DNA of 64,000 bases from Podarcis erhardii (GCA_964252035.1 OZ176216.1); one strand, 5' to 3'. Counted from the first letter of the stretch, positions 37,721 to 49,800 are shown. Notes: generated by a model not told the origin, from the letters alone. Program-made: numbers and translations.

Positions 37721-38599
37721 CTCAGAGGAAAACATTCAAAAAAAGTAAGAAGTCTATAAATGCAATCTGAAAGGTGTACTCCAAGGCTGGTATCATAGAG
37801 GAGTCTTGGGATGTGTTGTGCCTCCTCTTGGGTGATGAAATGTCTCAGGCAGAGGTCTATGAGGAGCAGAGAATCTGAGTCACTGTTAAAAATAATCAAG
37901 GCTCCCACCCACCCCAATCTACCTTTGGCTACACTACACAACCCCAAAATGGCATCATGGCAACCAGGAAGCAGAGCTGTTGTATAGGCAAGCTGAGGGG
38001 CTGGTGCTATGACTGGCCAAGGATTTGTTGGAAGGGACAAGGGAAAACTTCCTTTAGCTTCCAGTTGTTCGGTCCAGAAAGTAATCTGTTAAATTGTTAC
38101 ACATCTTTGCCTTTCAGTAGCAAACATCCAGACAAACTTCTTTCCTCTTCCATTCCTGCTGTTGCTGACACCCATCCTATCCCTCTATTGTTCAGCCTGA
38201 TGTTGTACACAAGTGTCATAAGAAAACATGATCGCTAGATCTGGGGTGTGGCAGCCTCTGGAAGCTGGTGTACTTGATAGGTGGAAGCAGGTATACTTGA
38301 TAGGTGACCCGCATGCCCATCCCAGCTGACATGGCAGCCAGGTGTGGACATACTGAAAATGAATTAGTTTCTGCACTTGCTTGGGTCTAGTCTCTGCAAG
38401 CAGTTTCTCTTTTCTTTCCTGCCCAGCCACTGCAACCTTGATAACCACTTCAGCACCACAATTGAAGAGCATGCCAATTAACCTCTGCATTTAATGAGAA
38501 TGGGACCTAGCTTTTCTTTGAGCAAATGTTTTGTGTATGGGGGACGGGCTTCGAGGACAGCTGCATTTATTTACCTGGAATGTTTTTTTCCTTCAACAG

Positions 38600-38623
38600 C
38601 CCTATTACCATATTTAAATGCAA
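38600..38623 (+). CDS. MSI2: MSI2 24-nt in-frame microexon: (A)LLPYLNA(S)
   Basis: Acceptor tgtttttttccttcaacag|CCC, donor GCAA|gtatgt. 24 nt, phase 1-1, no stop. Gives YQFP-ALLPYLNAS-FPAAAY. A similar peptide is recalled from predicted vertebrate MSI2 isoforms (not verified). Confidence 0.75.
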
Positions 38624-38651
38624 GTATGTCTCTCTTAATTCATATTTTGCA

Positions 38652-38751
38652 GTAGTTTAGAGACACTTTAGCCTCTCACTTCTGTTCAGCTTTTCCCTGT
38701 TAGCAATACATGTAGCTACGGTGATAGAACTAGAGCTAGCAGGCTTGTAGT
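38652..38751 (+). promoter_or_regulatory. UAG cluster (putative Musashi-binding intronic splicing enhancer) downstream of the microexon
   Basis: 9 TAG at 38653, 38658, 38669, 38701, 38713, 38725, 38731, 38737, 38748, including GTAGT twice. Confidence 0.6.
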
Positions 38752-40862
38752 TGGCTGAGTTCTTTGGATCTCTTTTTCTCTCTCTTATCTTTTCCTCTGC
38801 TTTCCGAATCCTCTTTTTATTTTCTTTGCCTCTGGCCTCCATATGGTTGTCTTCATAATGAGGAACTATGAGCAGCGTAATCACTGGCCAAGAGTGCCTC
38901 CTGTCTTTTGTCATCACAACCAAATTTGGCAATACAAATTAGAGTTCTCCAAAGCTCACCTCAAATTAACTCAGAAATTACTTGAGTTCTTTGGGAAAAA
39001 ATGGAAGGAACTTGGGTGATTTTTCTGAGCCACTCCAAGGGCTCAGAGAAATTATTGGCCTTTCTGCCTTCTCCTTCCTTTAAAGGTCTCCCCACACGCT
39101 CCCAGTTTCATGATCTTAATTTTGAAGTAATGGTAGCAGCAGTGAAAGCAGACCAACATGTTAGCTAACAACCTACCGGCCCATGGGGAACTGTGACAGA
39201 TGTAGTTCTCTGAAGAGCCACTGCCCTCATTTAAGATCAAATATGGGTGGGTATATGGATTCTGTGGGGGCAAGGCAACTACATCTCCTATGGTGTCTTC
39301 TTACCCAGAAGGCTGCTCCGACTGGATCACAGAAGTAATGAGAGAGGGTGAAAACCTCTCTTCTCTTCGCTCCATGTACTTGCAACTTTTGCTGCCGCTG
39401 CCGCTGCTACAACTTCAGTGGCCGAAGTGGATTTAGGGCAGCACGACCGGTTCCCCCACACAGGGCGCCAAGCTGAGGGGGTGCCTTCCATCCTCCTTTC
39501 CAAAGCCTACTAAGTGCTTGCCCAGCTTTGGGAAGGACACAGGAGGACTCTGGGACCCTGCCAGAATCCTCATGCCTCCTTCCCAAAGCCCGGCACCTCA
39601 CCTACCAGATTTTGGGAAGGCGGCACAAGGGCAGTGTCAAATTTTGGCCTCGCCCAAGGCATTGTATTACTGAGATCCACCCCTGTCAGTGGTAGGGAAG
39701 GGAGGAGAGTGTGTTCTGAGATGGCTGGCAGGAATAGGCAGGAGAGAAGCGAGTTCACATTCTGATTAAAGTCAGGGGGAAAATTGAGGGCTTTTAAAAG
39801 CTCGCCCCTCATTTGAGCTTGTTTCTGAACCCAAGCTCAGAGGACTGCACCAGCATCCCTGGACAAAATTTGACAAAGGGCAGAAAACCCTCCCAGCATC
39901 TCCTTGTCCCTGCAGCCCGGGGCATCTTTGATTACCAGCTCCTTATTGCTTTTAAGAAGCTCCTCCTCAATGGTGGCTGGTCCCTATCATGCAGCCCCAA
40001 CTGCTGTTCTACAGATCCTTGACTTGACTGTCAGCACTTACAGACTCTTGGCCTGTAGAATTGCCTTCCTCACAACCTTCTGCCCTGCCCTGTCTCAGTG
40101 GACCTATCTCAGGGTAGCCATATTCAGGAGTCTTCCTCATTCACATCTAAGCAGGGCACTGGACCAGCTCTAGGTATGAGAGGCACCCTCAACAATGATG
40201 GGCCTTTTGGGCTCCCTCCCACATCAGTGACCTCCCTGTAGCCTTACCTGGTGGCATCGACACACAGCAGCAGCACTCTGATGAGTACCAGGCAGTTGTG
40301 TCTGGGGGAGCTTCCATTTTTGTTTCCCACAGTGCCCCTTCCATAGCCTCCATTCAGAGCATTGTGGAGGATTAAAAGGGTGTCCCTCACTAAGCAGGGT
40401 TCCAGAAATACTTTTTAAAAAGTGTGTGTGCTGTGTATTGATGCTGGACCTGGTGGGGGCTTTGATGTTCATTGCAAAAGAGTGCAGGGCTTGGCAGGAG
40501 TTGAAGCTTGCTTCCTCCCCCGGCCACACGCATCCCTTCAAGCACTTTTCTCCTCCAGCCCAAACCACTGGACCTAAGGCTCACCGCCTGCCTTCTGCTT
40601 TGACCCGGGAGTTTCATTTTGTGCTGCTTCAGTGGAAGATCCACTCACATGTTGATTTTGAATTTTTGCACAAAATAAGAAGGAATATAGGCGCCGGTCT
40701 CTGCTTTGGCAGCACCACTGGCTGCCCATTCACAACTGCGCTGAATTGCTCTGAATTTCTCCATGGGCAGCTGCCACTTTTACCTTGCAGGAGAAGGGGA
40801 ATGGCATCAAAGCGCTTCCACTCTTAAGACCCACCCAAACTCCTCTGCAGTCAATGCTCTCT

Positions 40863-40865
<3 letters not shown>

Positions 40866-40896
<31 letters not shown>
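40866..40896. repeat. (CA)n microsatellite upstream of the 41010 exon
   Basis: About 15 units. Confidence 0.97.
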
Positions 40897-40899
<3 letters not shown>

Positions 40900-41009
40900 G
40901 TTCCCGCTCATACTCGCCCTTAACCTGCCTCTTTTGTTGTGGCCGTTGTAAACACTGGCTGTCCGTTGCACCTTTCCTCTTACCCCTTCTTGTTTTTCCC
41001 CACGGCCAG

Positions 41010-41069
41010 GTTTTCCGGCAGCAGCCTACGGACCAGTAGCAGCGGCAGTGGCAGCAGCAAGAGGATCAG
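41010..41069 (+). CDS. MSI2: Musashi-2 coding exon: (G)FPAAAYGPVAAAVAAARGS(G)
   Basis: 60 nt, long pyrimidine tract then ...cacggccag|GT, donor TCAG|gtaggg, phase 1-1. Matches the MSI2 Ala-rich segment. Confidence 0.96.
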
Positions 41070-41126
41070 GTAGGGGGGGCCGTGGAAGAGGCGGCTACAT
41101 GGCATACCTTCAGAATGCAGGGCCAG
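41070..41126 (+). CDS. MSI2: Alternative 5' splice-site extension of the preceding exon: GRGGRGRGGYMAYLQNAGP(G), an RGG box
   Basis: 57 nt (19 codons), open in the MSI2 frame, ending at a good distal donor CCAG|gtaaaa that keeps phase 1. Confidence 0.7.
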
Positions 41127-44100
41127 GTAAAAGCTCTGTCGGTATTCTATGTGGCTGCAGCTGTCCATCCCTTTCTCTGACTTTTCTCACAGTGATCTGG
41201 GGGTGCGGGGATACCCACCAAACAAAACCAAATACTACAAGCAGAGCCCATAAGACTCAGAGCAGAGCATAGGCTGTAAGACCAGATGGTCTTTGCAGAT
41301 CCACCAGTACAAAGTCCACCCTACTGGGAGCTGTCAACTGGACCTTTTATGAAAATGTCAAGGACAACAAAAGTTTTCATTTCTCCACAGTTTGCACTGG
41401 GCTAACAACGCAACCACACTCACACCCACATATACACACACCTGTTAATTCCTCAACTTGTTAGGGCAGCAACCTGCATCTCCAACTTTAATGTTTGGGA
41501 CAAATGCAGTGAGTAAGTTACTCTCAGTGGTGGCCCAATCCAAAGCAAGAAACCACATTTCCATTAATATCAGCAAGGATTCCAAATTATGGTGTTTAGG
41601 AATGCTCTATCAAACTTTGATCTATGGAGGGTACCATGATCAACCTCCTACAAATCAGCTTAGCATTCAGCTATTTAGTAAGTTCTGTTTATTCATCTGT
41701 CTCGTGAGAAAAGGGAACTATAGTGCGTGTTCCTGCCCTTTGAAATGGTGGCACTCCAGATCTGGCCAATGCAAACAGGTCTAGTATTATACAGAATAGG
41801 GTGAGCAGTGCAGCTTGCCTTCTCTCGTGCCATTTTTAGGTGGCAAGTCTGGTCAGCTGCACCTGGATGCTAGAAAAATAGTTCTCCCCAGTTACTTTGC
41901 AGTTCAGACATCTCACTAAAATATGGTTGGGGTGCTTAAGCATGGTTCTGGTGTGATGTTTGAATTGACAAAACCATAGTTTGCAATTGGCCAACAAACC
42001 AGAATCTGATACAGTGAGGGAAGTTGATTTACAAACTGGATTTTGTGCTAACTCTGGTTTGATGTGATATTGATAGCCATTGTTTGACCTCCAGAAGCTG
42101 TACCAAAAGAGAGATGAGAGTGATTTGATGGACTTAGGAAGCTGAGTGGCAGAAAACAACAGCAGACAAACTGTTCTAAACTGTGGTCTGCTAGTATGTT
42201 TGGAAGCTCATACCAAGGTTTTGGTTCTAAACTAGGGTTAGCACAAATGGCGACATGGCATGATGTCTAAATTGCACCATAGTTTGAAGTCAGTTGCAGT
42301 TTTGGGAGTGCAACCTAAATCAGGGGTGTTCCACCTTGGCATAAATTGGAATGGCTCTCTGAAGGGTATAACCTTTTGCAGACACCTTTAAAAATACTTT
42401 TTGCTCTTTGAGCTTGAATATTGTTCCATCTTTTGTTACCTGCTGCAAACTCTGGCTCCAGTTTCATGAGAAATGTTTGCCCACCTATAAAAAGCTCCAC
42501 TTCCTTCCACTCTGTTCTCCAGTGCCCCTCCTGCTAGGGGAAGTAGTTAAGCCGCTATTATATCCTAGCATTCCAATTTAGGGGAAAGTGAATTATCCCT
42601 TTGGCATAATTGAGTGAAATCATGAGTGGGCTGCTAAGACTTACCAGTGCCTCTCTCTTGCTGTATTTGCTTGTTGGCTGATACCTTGGTTGTGCCTGAA
42701 GCCATTCTGAACCCTAAATACAAAGCAAGGACAAAGGGTAGACTGCTGCTTTCAGTGGGTTTTATTGCTCCCCAATCTATCTTGCTTGCTCATCTCTGTG
42801 TACTGTCTTGTGCGTTTATCCGGCCGTTTGTTCTTGCTAATATTAACTGGGTTATTGCACCGGGGGTGGCGGTGGGGGCAATTGGAGACAACACGATTGG
42901 GCCCAAATTCCCCAGCCAGATTGTACACGTTGAGACATGTAGCAAACAACTTGGAGGTAACTGTTTTATTCAGCTCTCTCATGATGAAGCTTGTTCTTTG
43001 ACATGAAAATTTCTAAACTCATTAGCTATAGGCCTCTTCAAACCGACACAAAATAAATGGTGCCAGAGATGGGGAACGTGCTGTCAAGCAGCAAGACACA
43101 CACCACAATAGACTTTGGCGGGGGGGGGGGGACTGAATTATTTAGGGTCCAAAGTGGGATGTTTGGAGAACTCCGTTCCATGCAAACTGGCACTGCTTGC
43201 GGGGCTACAAAGGATTCATCCGTAGCAGTTTATCGTTGTATGTAGGGAAAGTCCAAGGGTTGGTTTGCTCAAAGATAGCAAAGGGATTTTTTTTTTCCTT
43301 TCCTTTTTCAAAATCCTTTTCTGAAAAGGATTCCATTTATTATTTGAGGAAGAATGGACAGATTCCCTCGTCCCTTACCTACACTTTGGGCCCATTTGGT
43401 TCCAGTTTAATTTTAAATAGAGATGATCAGTTTTCCCACAGAAAGGACAAGGGTTCTGCCAGATTAAGTCTGATCTTCACTGTTGTCCTGTTTTAATCAG
43501 AGTGCCCCATCACAGCTGAACTGAGTGTCAGCCAATTTCTCTGCTTGATATCATTTGGTTGGTTTTTTTGTTTTTGTTTTTTGTTTTCAATTTTTTTGGA
43601 TTTTTTTTCTTTTTTAAAGAACAGATTAACTTTGTGATACCAAAAAAAAGGGAAAAAAAGAAAATTCTAACCCTGAAATTAACACCAACATATATGGCAA
43701 GTTTAAAGAGCAGTATGGTGCCCTGTATATATTTCTTGTGTGTTTTTGGAAAAAATCTCTGCACTTGCAGATCTACCCTAGTGCTCCCTCAAGGAAACTG
43801 TTTGTTGATGTGCAGAAGTGGTTTCCATTGACAAAGAAGCCTCTTCGGCTCAGGGACAGCATTCCATTTGCAGCCATTTCCATCAAAGGGAATAGCATTG
43901 ATAGTGAAGTGTATTTAAGAGCAATGGAGTCAGCTTCATGTTAATGGCACTCAGGCCTGATTCATTACAGAGGGGGAATGACAAATGGAAGTATTTGGCT
44001 TCAATATTTTGATGATTAGAGCAATATCACACTTGCAAGATGACTTAAGTGACTACTAAAGCGAAGACACACCTGTGTCTTAAGATGTATGAATGTTAAA

Positions 44101-46254
44101 TGTCTAAACCACAAGACATCAGTTCAGTGTATATTTATTGATCTCTCACTGCTGAACAGATTTGGGGGGGGGGGAGGTCTGCACCCCTGCAGAAGTTTGT
44201 AGTTGGGCCCTGTGATTTCAGCACTGCCGTACACACAATTATTATTATTTATTAGAATAGTATACTACCCTATACTCTTAGGTCTCAGGGTGGTTCATAA
44301 CATAAGAATTTGTGTGTTCATGGATCTTTAAACCACACTTCATAAGGCTGGCTGTTGGATGTAGAGAATTCTGTCTTTACTCCCCACTCTGGCCTCTTGT
44401 GCATCCCGTAAGGGTACTCTACTAATTACAATCCACAGGCAGATGACCCCTCCCTGGAGCAAGGGCCTATGCTTTTAATTTTGGTGGGGAAACATCTATT
44501 TTATTTTTATTTTTTCTTTACTAAATTGCTATACTACCTTTCATCCGAGGATCACAGGGCGATATTAGCCTGGGAGTTGGGGCTGTATGTTTCTTCGTTC
44601 ATATTTATAGAAACATTTATGTAATGTACCTCCTTTCAGCCCTGAAAGGTCCCCCAAGGCAGGTTACAACAGTGAAAACACTTCTGTAATTACAACTGGA
44701 GAGCATTGAGGGAAGCCAAGAGAAAGCAAATGAAACCAGCCTCCCAGCAGGCCACAACACGAACTAAAACTTTGGTAGGAAAAAGAAAGTATTGACCACC
44801 CCGCCTCCCTGAATGGCATTGTAGAAGGGGCCTATCTTATCTCCTTTGGGAGAGAGTTCTGCAGCTGTGGGACTATCACCAAAGAGGCTCTGCCTGGTAA
44901 CCGTCATGGGCAGTGCCCATGTGCCAAACGTTAGCCAGACCGTTATTAAAACCACGCAATTGTTGAGGCCATTGCAACCCTCCATATAAGCCAAGCCTTT
45001 ACACCCACCTTGACAACATTTCACTTTCCTCTTATTATGTTATTGATGAATCAGGACCTGGGTCACATTGGCATGATGGTCTGCATCTTGTAACAAACTC
45101 TTCCAATGCACAAGTTTCACTATCAATACCACATTTCTGTTACGATTCCAAGCATGTATGGATTTCGTGGGCAGGCTTCCCCATTCAGTTTGATGGAGGT
45201 GGCAGCTTGATGCACAAACCTCTTTGCCTGTTGGCAAAATCCACTTGTAGGGAAGGGAGCCATTGGGGCAGAGCTTACTGGAAAGATATTGATGGTTGGA
45301 GGTGATTTTTTCCTCTGACATACTTAAAGCACCAGTATTTAGTGTGCCCCGCCCAGTTCAGACACTCAACCAAGCTTCGTCAGCAGTCCATGAAGTGGGT
45401 GGGTGCCCTTCTCCTCCCCCCTGGGGGAGCTCTGTGTATCCAGTGCCCTGATTCATGCAGTTCTTCCTGCATTGGGCCATCATGCATACAGGCCCCTGCA
45501 TGGAGCACCCCTCACACGCTTTATTTGGATAGATGGTGGAAGACCACCATGTCTGTTCTTCTACCCCGTTAATAGTACACTGAGCCGATTTCACCCTTTC
45601 CTGAAAATGCTGTTTGCTTCTTCGTTTCACAAAGGTGAAGTTGGGGAGCGGGGTTAATTCGGGGTTTTGCTTTGTTTTTTAAAGGAATATAAAATTTGGC
45701 AAGTAAAATGCATTAGCCAGATAGTTCTGTGGCTTTAGTTTCTTCCCTCGTGGCTGGAAAATGGGATGGCCAGTGATTCTGTTGCTTGGCCGTGGGGAGG
45801 CACCAAAGTCTACTTGCTTGACCACTTGTGAGTGACTGCACTAAGAACGAAGTGGTAAAACCCCCAAACAGAAAGATCCCCCAGAGTTCCTTCTTGCTCC
45901 CCTCCACCTTGGCCAGAGTCCTGCTCCTACTTCTGAAATCCTGAGTTCACCAGTTCCTTACTGTCCTTTATACTTGCCAGCTATAACCAATCTCATAACA
46001 TGAGCTACTGACCTTGATGGTGAGTGTGAGCAGTTATGTTCTTGTTGTTTTCTCTCTTGCTTGGTTGGGGCTGCTGTGAGAGAGGGTGTCTCTGAGGCAT
46101 TCTTTCCGGCCTCTCTTACACTGGGACGTGCACTCCTCTCAAACACTCTTCTGAGCACGCTCAGCAGGAAGGTTTGTCCACACCTATTAATCCTCTCTCT
46201 GTGTCCAGCTTCTTGTTAGTAGCAGCTGGTTGCATGTTTTTTTTGCTTGTTCAG

Positions 46255-46412
46255 ATGAAACGGTTTAAGAAACGACTCATATCCAACTCTTGAAAAATGT
46301 CTCTCTCTCTCTCTTTCTCTCTCTTTTTAAAAATATATATTTATTTTTGTTTATTTTAGTACACTTTCTCTCTTTTGGTTTTTTTAAAAATTACTTTCCC
46401 TTACTTAATAAA
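46255..46412 (+). other. Candidate alternative terminal exon ((D)ETV* plus short UTR with AATAAA)
   Basis: Acceptor ttttttttgcttgttcag|AT. In phase 1 reads G|AT GAA ACG GTT TAA (stop 46266-46268). AATAAA at 46407-46412, followed by GU-rich sequence. Confidence 0.3.
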
Positions 46413-46510
46413 ACAAAACACTTGTTGTTCGTGAAACATCTCACATCTCCCCTTGCCTGTTCTTAGAGTGTTATGTATCTGTGGGACTGAACTAAATGCA
46501 TGCACTTGTC

Positions 46511-46678
46511 GTAGTTGTAACCGGTAGCAGTAGACGTAGTTGTAGAACATGCATTGTTGAGTTGATATTATAGGTTCTTGTCGGCTCGAAAGAGCATGGC
46601 AGTTGCAGTGTAGCCGCGGTTTGATTGGAAGTGTAGGTCAACCTGTGTAGAGCAATGCTGAACACCTGGATGCATAGT
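46511..46678 (+). promoter_or_regulatory. RUAG cluster (putative Musashi-binding array)
   Basis: 10 TAG (46512, 46525, 46531, 46537, 46543, 46571, 46611, 46634, 46648, 46675), all preceded by a purine and 8 as GTAG. TGCATG at 46497-46502. Confidence 0.55.
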
Positions 46679-49628
46679 ACAGTGATCATTATCTCCCAAA
46701 CTTGGGCCTACCAAATTCAATCAGGACATTTTATTATTCTGCAAGGGCCCTTTGGTGGTCTGGCAGGGGGTAGTCAATTGACCGTTGTAAAAGAAAAAAA
46801 GTGACCCTTCTTTTAATTCTAAATACACTTACTTGTGAGTAGTTCCCACTTAAGCCAATGGGAGTTACTCATATGTAAGTGCTTTATGATTTGAGGCCAA
46901 GTTTAATTTCAGCAAGCATTGTACACTCAAGGCTTCCTACAGAACATTAACCTTCTTAATATTCTGCATTAGTGCTCCGAATCCTTTTTGGAAGCCTTAA
47001 ACCAGGCCGGCAGAGCAGGAAAGCCGTCCATTGGAGACCTAAGTCCTGGAGAGTATGTACAATGACTAACCGTCAGAGTATGCAGAGGCACAAGGGAATT
47101 GGTTTTAGATCCTAAAGTGCAAATTTGGCTACGCCACAAACTTGCCACTGTTTGTATTCATTCCCACATTGCCAAGTTTTAGGATAATGTTTTGGTTTTT
47201 CCTCCCCTCAAGCACTACTGAACATTTCATGAACAGTCAATATTAGGTGTCCCAAGGCAAGTCTCATCATCTTCCTCATCAAACCAGCAAAATCGTCTTT
47301 TGCTTCTTCTCCCTCCCTTCATTTCTTTCTTTCTTTCTTTTTTGCACCTAGTTTTCTGTACTCAGCTTCTCAAAATTGTTTTCCAAATGAGCAGCAGTGG
47401 GTAGGGTTGGCAGCTGGTAATTCAAGTCCTGAATGCCACATTACATTTGGTTTGTGGCTGCTACTGTTTTGTCAGCACATATCCTGCTGAGAGTAGATTG
47501 TGTACATCACTGTTCCCCTCCCACCCAGTTCGACATCTTGCCTGAAGATGCACTGCTGGTTTGGAGTGTGTTCAATTTACCAAGCATGCTCAATGTAGAC
47601 GGTTAAATCCAAGCAGTTAACTCAGCATATGTTACTGGAAGAAATAAGGTACGCTAAATATTGTTTCATTGTGCAGTTAAGAATATTGTTCTAACAGATC
47701 ATAAAACACGCAGACTGCCCCCCTCTCCAAATGTTGTTGACCCAGATGACAAGTACATACCCTTCATTGATTGAAGGTGTCCCCCTTCCCTTATTGCGCC
47801 AGTATAGTTGTAAATCTTACGCACTTGAGGTATGATTATATAACTTGTCTCTTAAGCAGCAAATCTACTACAAGGAATGGGGCCCACTGTTAAATGTGTG
47901 ATGCAGGAAAATTAGATGGGTAACGTATCTAAAAGTTAGCAAAGCGGAAAATTGCATGGGAAGTAGCAATCCACGTCGTACACTTAATTCCAGTACTTTC
48001 AAATATTTAGTCTTGTCATTAAGCACCTCTCTTGTTTGCAAATTGCAGTAATAAAAAAAGAAAAAAGATGGGAGCAACAGTTGGTTTGTGTACACAGAAT
48101 GATGATGGGGAAACTTGTAGCAACATGTTGGAACAGTTTGAATAGCCACTTGTGTTTTCTTCACAGTCCAAGGGATAGACCTTGAAGCAAGCCCTAGATG
48201 CTTAAATGTATATATATTACTGTCTAAAAAGTGTATAACATTTAATCCAAGTCATGTAGTCAGAATGTTAACCAGCACCACCTGGGGGATAGCAAGTGGT
48301 TTGTCTAATGTCTTTCTCCTCTGAAAGACCCAATAATTACAACTGGAGCCCTAGACAGCTGATGCAATAGAAAGAGAAAATCTTAATGCATCTTAATGCA
48401 CCTACTAATTTTCACTCTATAGTGTGGTAAAAAGAAGATGCATCTATAAATGCTTCTATTTGCCTAGCCTTATAAATGCTTCTATTTGCCTAGCCAGCAG
48501 AATGAGACTGGAATGATTTGTCCATAAGTTCAGAGCAGGAGGGTTATCCAGTAGACCAAATAGTAAGCTAAGGCTTAGAAAGAGTCTTTTAATGTAAAGA
48601 ACAACACTACAACCTAGTATGCCCTTCCCTGCCTTGTGCTTCCCATAGTAGGTTGTATCCAGAGATAACTGTGTCCATTGGTTTTCTTCATTCCACCACT
48701 GTATCTATGCTCTCCTTTAAAAGCAAGCACTTGAACTAGCATATATAACTTATAGCACTTTGACATATTTGAATGGCTTTTGCGTCCCCCTGCACTTCCA
48801 TTGCCTAGTTCTACTTTTCCCCTTTGGGACCACCAGAAAAAAAATTATTATCCTGGTTCCTTAGGCATGGTTCACCCCAGACTGGACGGTCCTCAGCTCC
48901 TGTCAATTTCCCCACATTTAAAAGCTGGTCTGCTAACTTTTAAGTGCCAGCTATCTGGTTCAAATGGAGACGATCCTTTTCATCCTGGCCTGGCTTGTCC
49001 CTAAACATCCCCCAGTGCCTAAGAAACCCAAAGCCCCCCCCCCCGATGCCACGGTCTGATCCAGACATTGAGACTCCTCAGCTCAGCCTGCACACAGCCT
49101 CTTCTTTACCTGTCCCACAGAGAGTCATGCATGCGACTCAGGTGGCACATCCCATTTCTCCACTTGAGGCATAATGGGAATGCGCTGCCCTTCAAGCCTT
49201 CCTTACTTGTGCGGCATGGTGGCAACCTGCAGAGCGCCGGCTTCTGCCAAGGTCTCGCCAAAATCTTAGGAGATCTCATGCTGTCCAAGAGCTACTTCCT
49301 GAAATCTTGCCAGCTCCCGGTGCTGCTTTTCTACTGCACTGGGTGCTGCCTCTTGGGCTTCTACCACTCAAGGCAACTATCTGGCTCCAGTCAGTCCGGC
49401 CCTGATGTGGCTCTTTATGTAGTACGCTGGAAAACTTTCAAACCCCTGCTGGCTTTCTGCCTGCATGCCTGCTGTTGCTACATATTGAATTTGTTTACTT
49501 GAAAAATTGTGCTTTGATAGATAAAAAGGTGAGACATTTTGCTGCCCTGGTGTTCTCGCCCTGCTGTCAAACTCACTTGTTGCCTTGATGCTTTGTCACT
49601 GGGGCTCCTCTCTTGCTCAAAGTGCAGC

Positions 49629-49800
49629 GTGGCTCTTTAGTAGAACACATACTCTGGATGCAGAAGGTCCCAGGTTAAATCCCAGGTAAGACTGGGAAAA
49701 GATGCTCCCCCTCAGTCTGAAACCACGGAGAACCTCTACCAATCAGCGTATATAGTCCTGAACTAGATAGGCCAATGTGTTGGCGTAAGGCACCTTTCTC
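49629..49800 (+). mobile_element. tRNA-derived squamate SINE (decayed)
   Basis: gtagaacacatactctggatgcagaaggtcccaggttaaatccc...ctgaaacc...ctgaactagataggccaat. Confidence 0.65.

Noticed and set aside
43770-43944. Possible acceptor (cacttgcag|ATCTACCCTAG) after a U-rich region
   Set aside because: Would give only DLP* in the MSI2 phase, the pyrimidine tract is interrupted by an A-run, and there is no nearby supporting polyA or donor signal.
48380-48495. Short tandem duplications (ATCTTAATGC x2; TATAAATGCTTCTATTTGCCTAGCC x2)
   Set aside because: Ordinary slippage duplications; only two units and no spacers, so not CRISPR-like.
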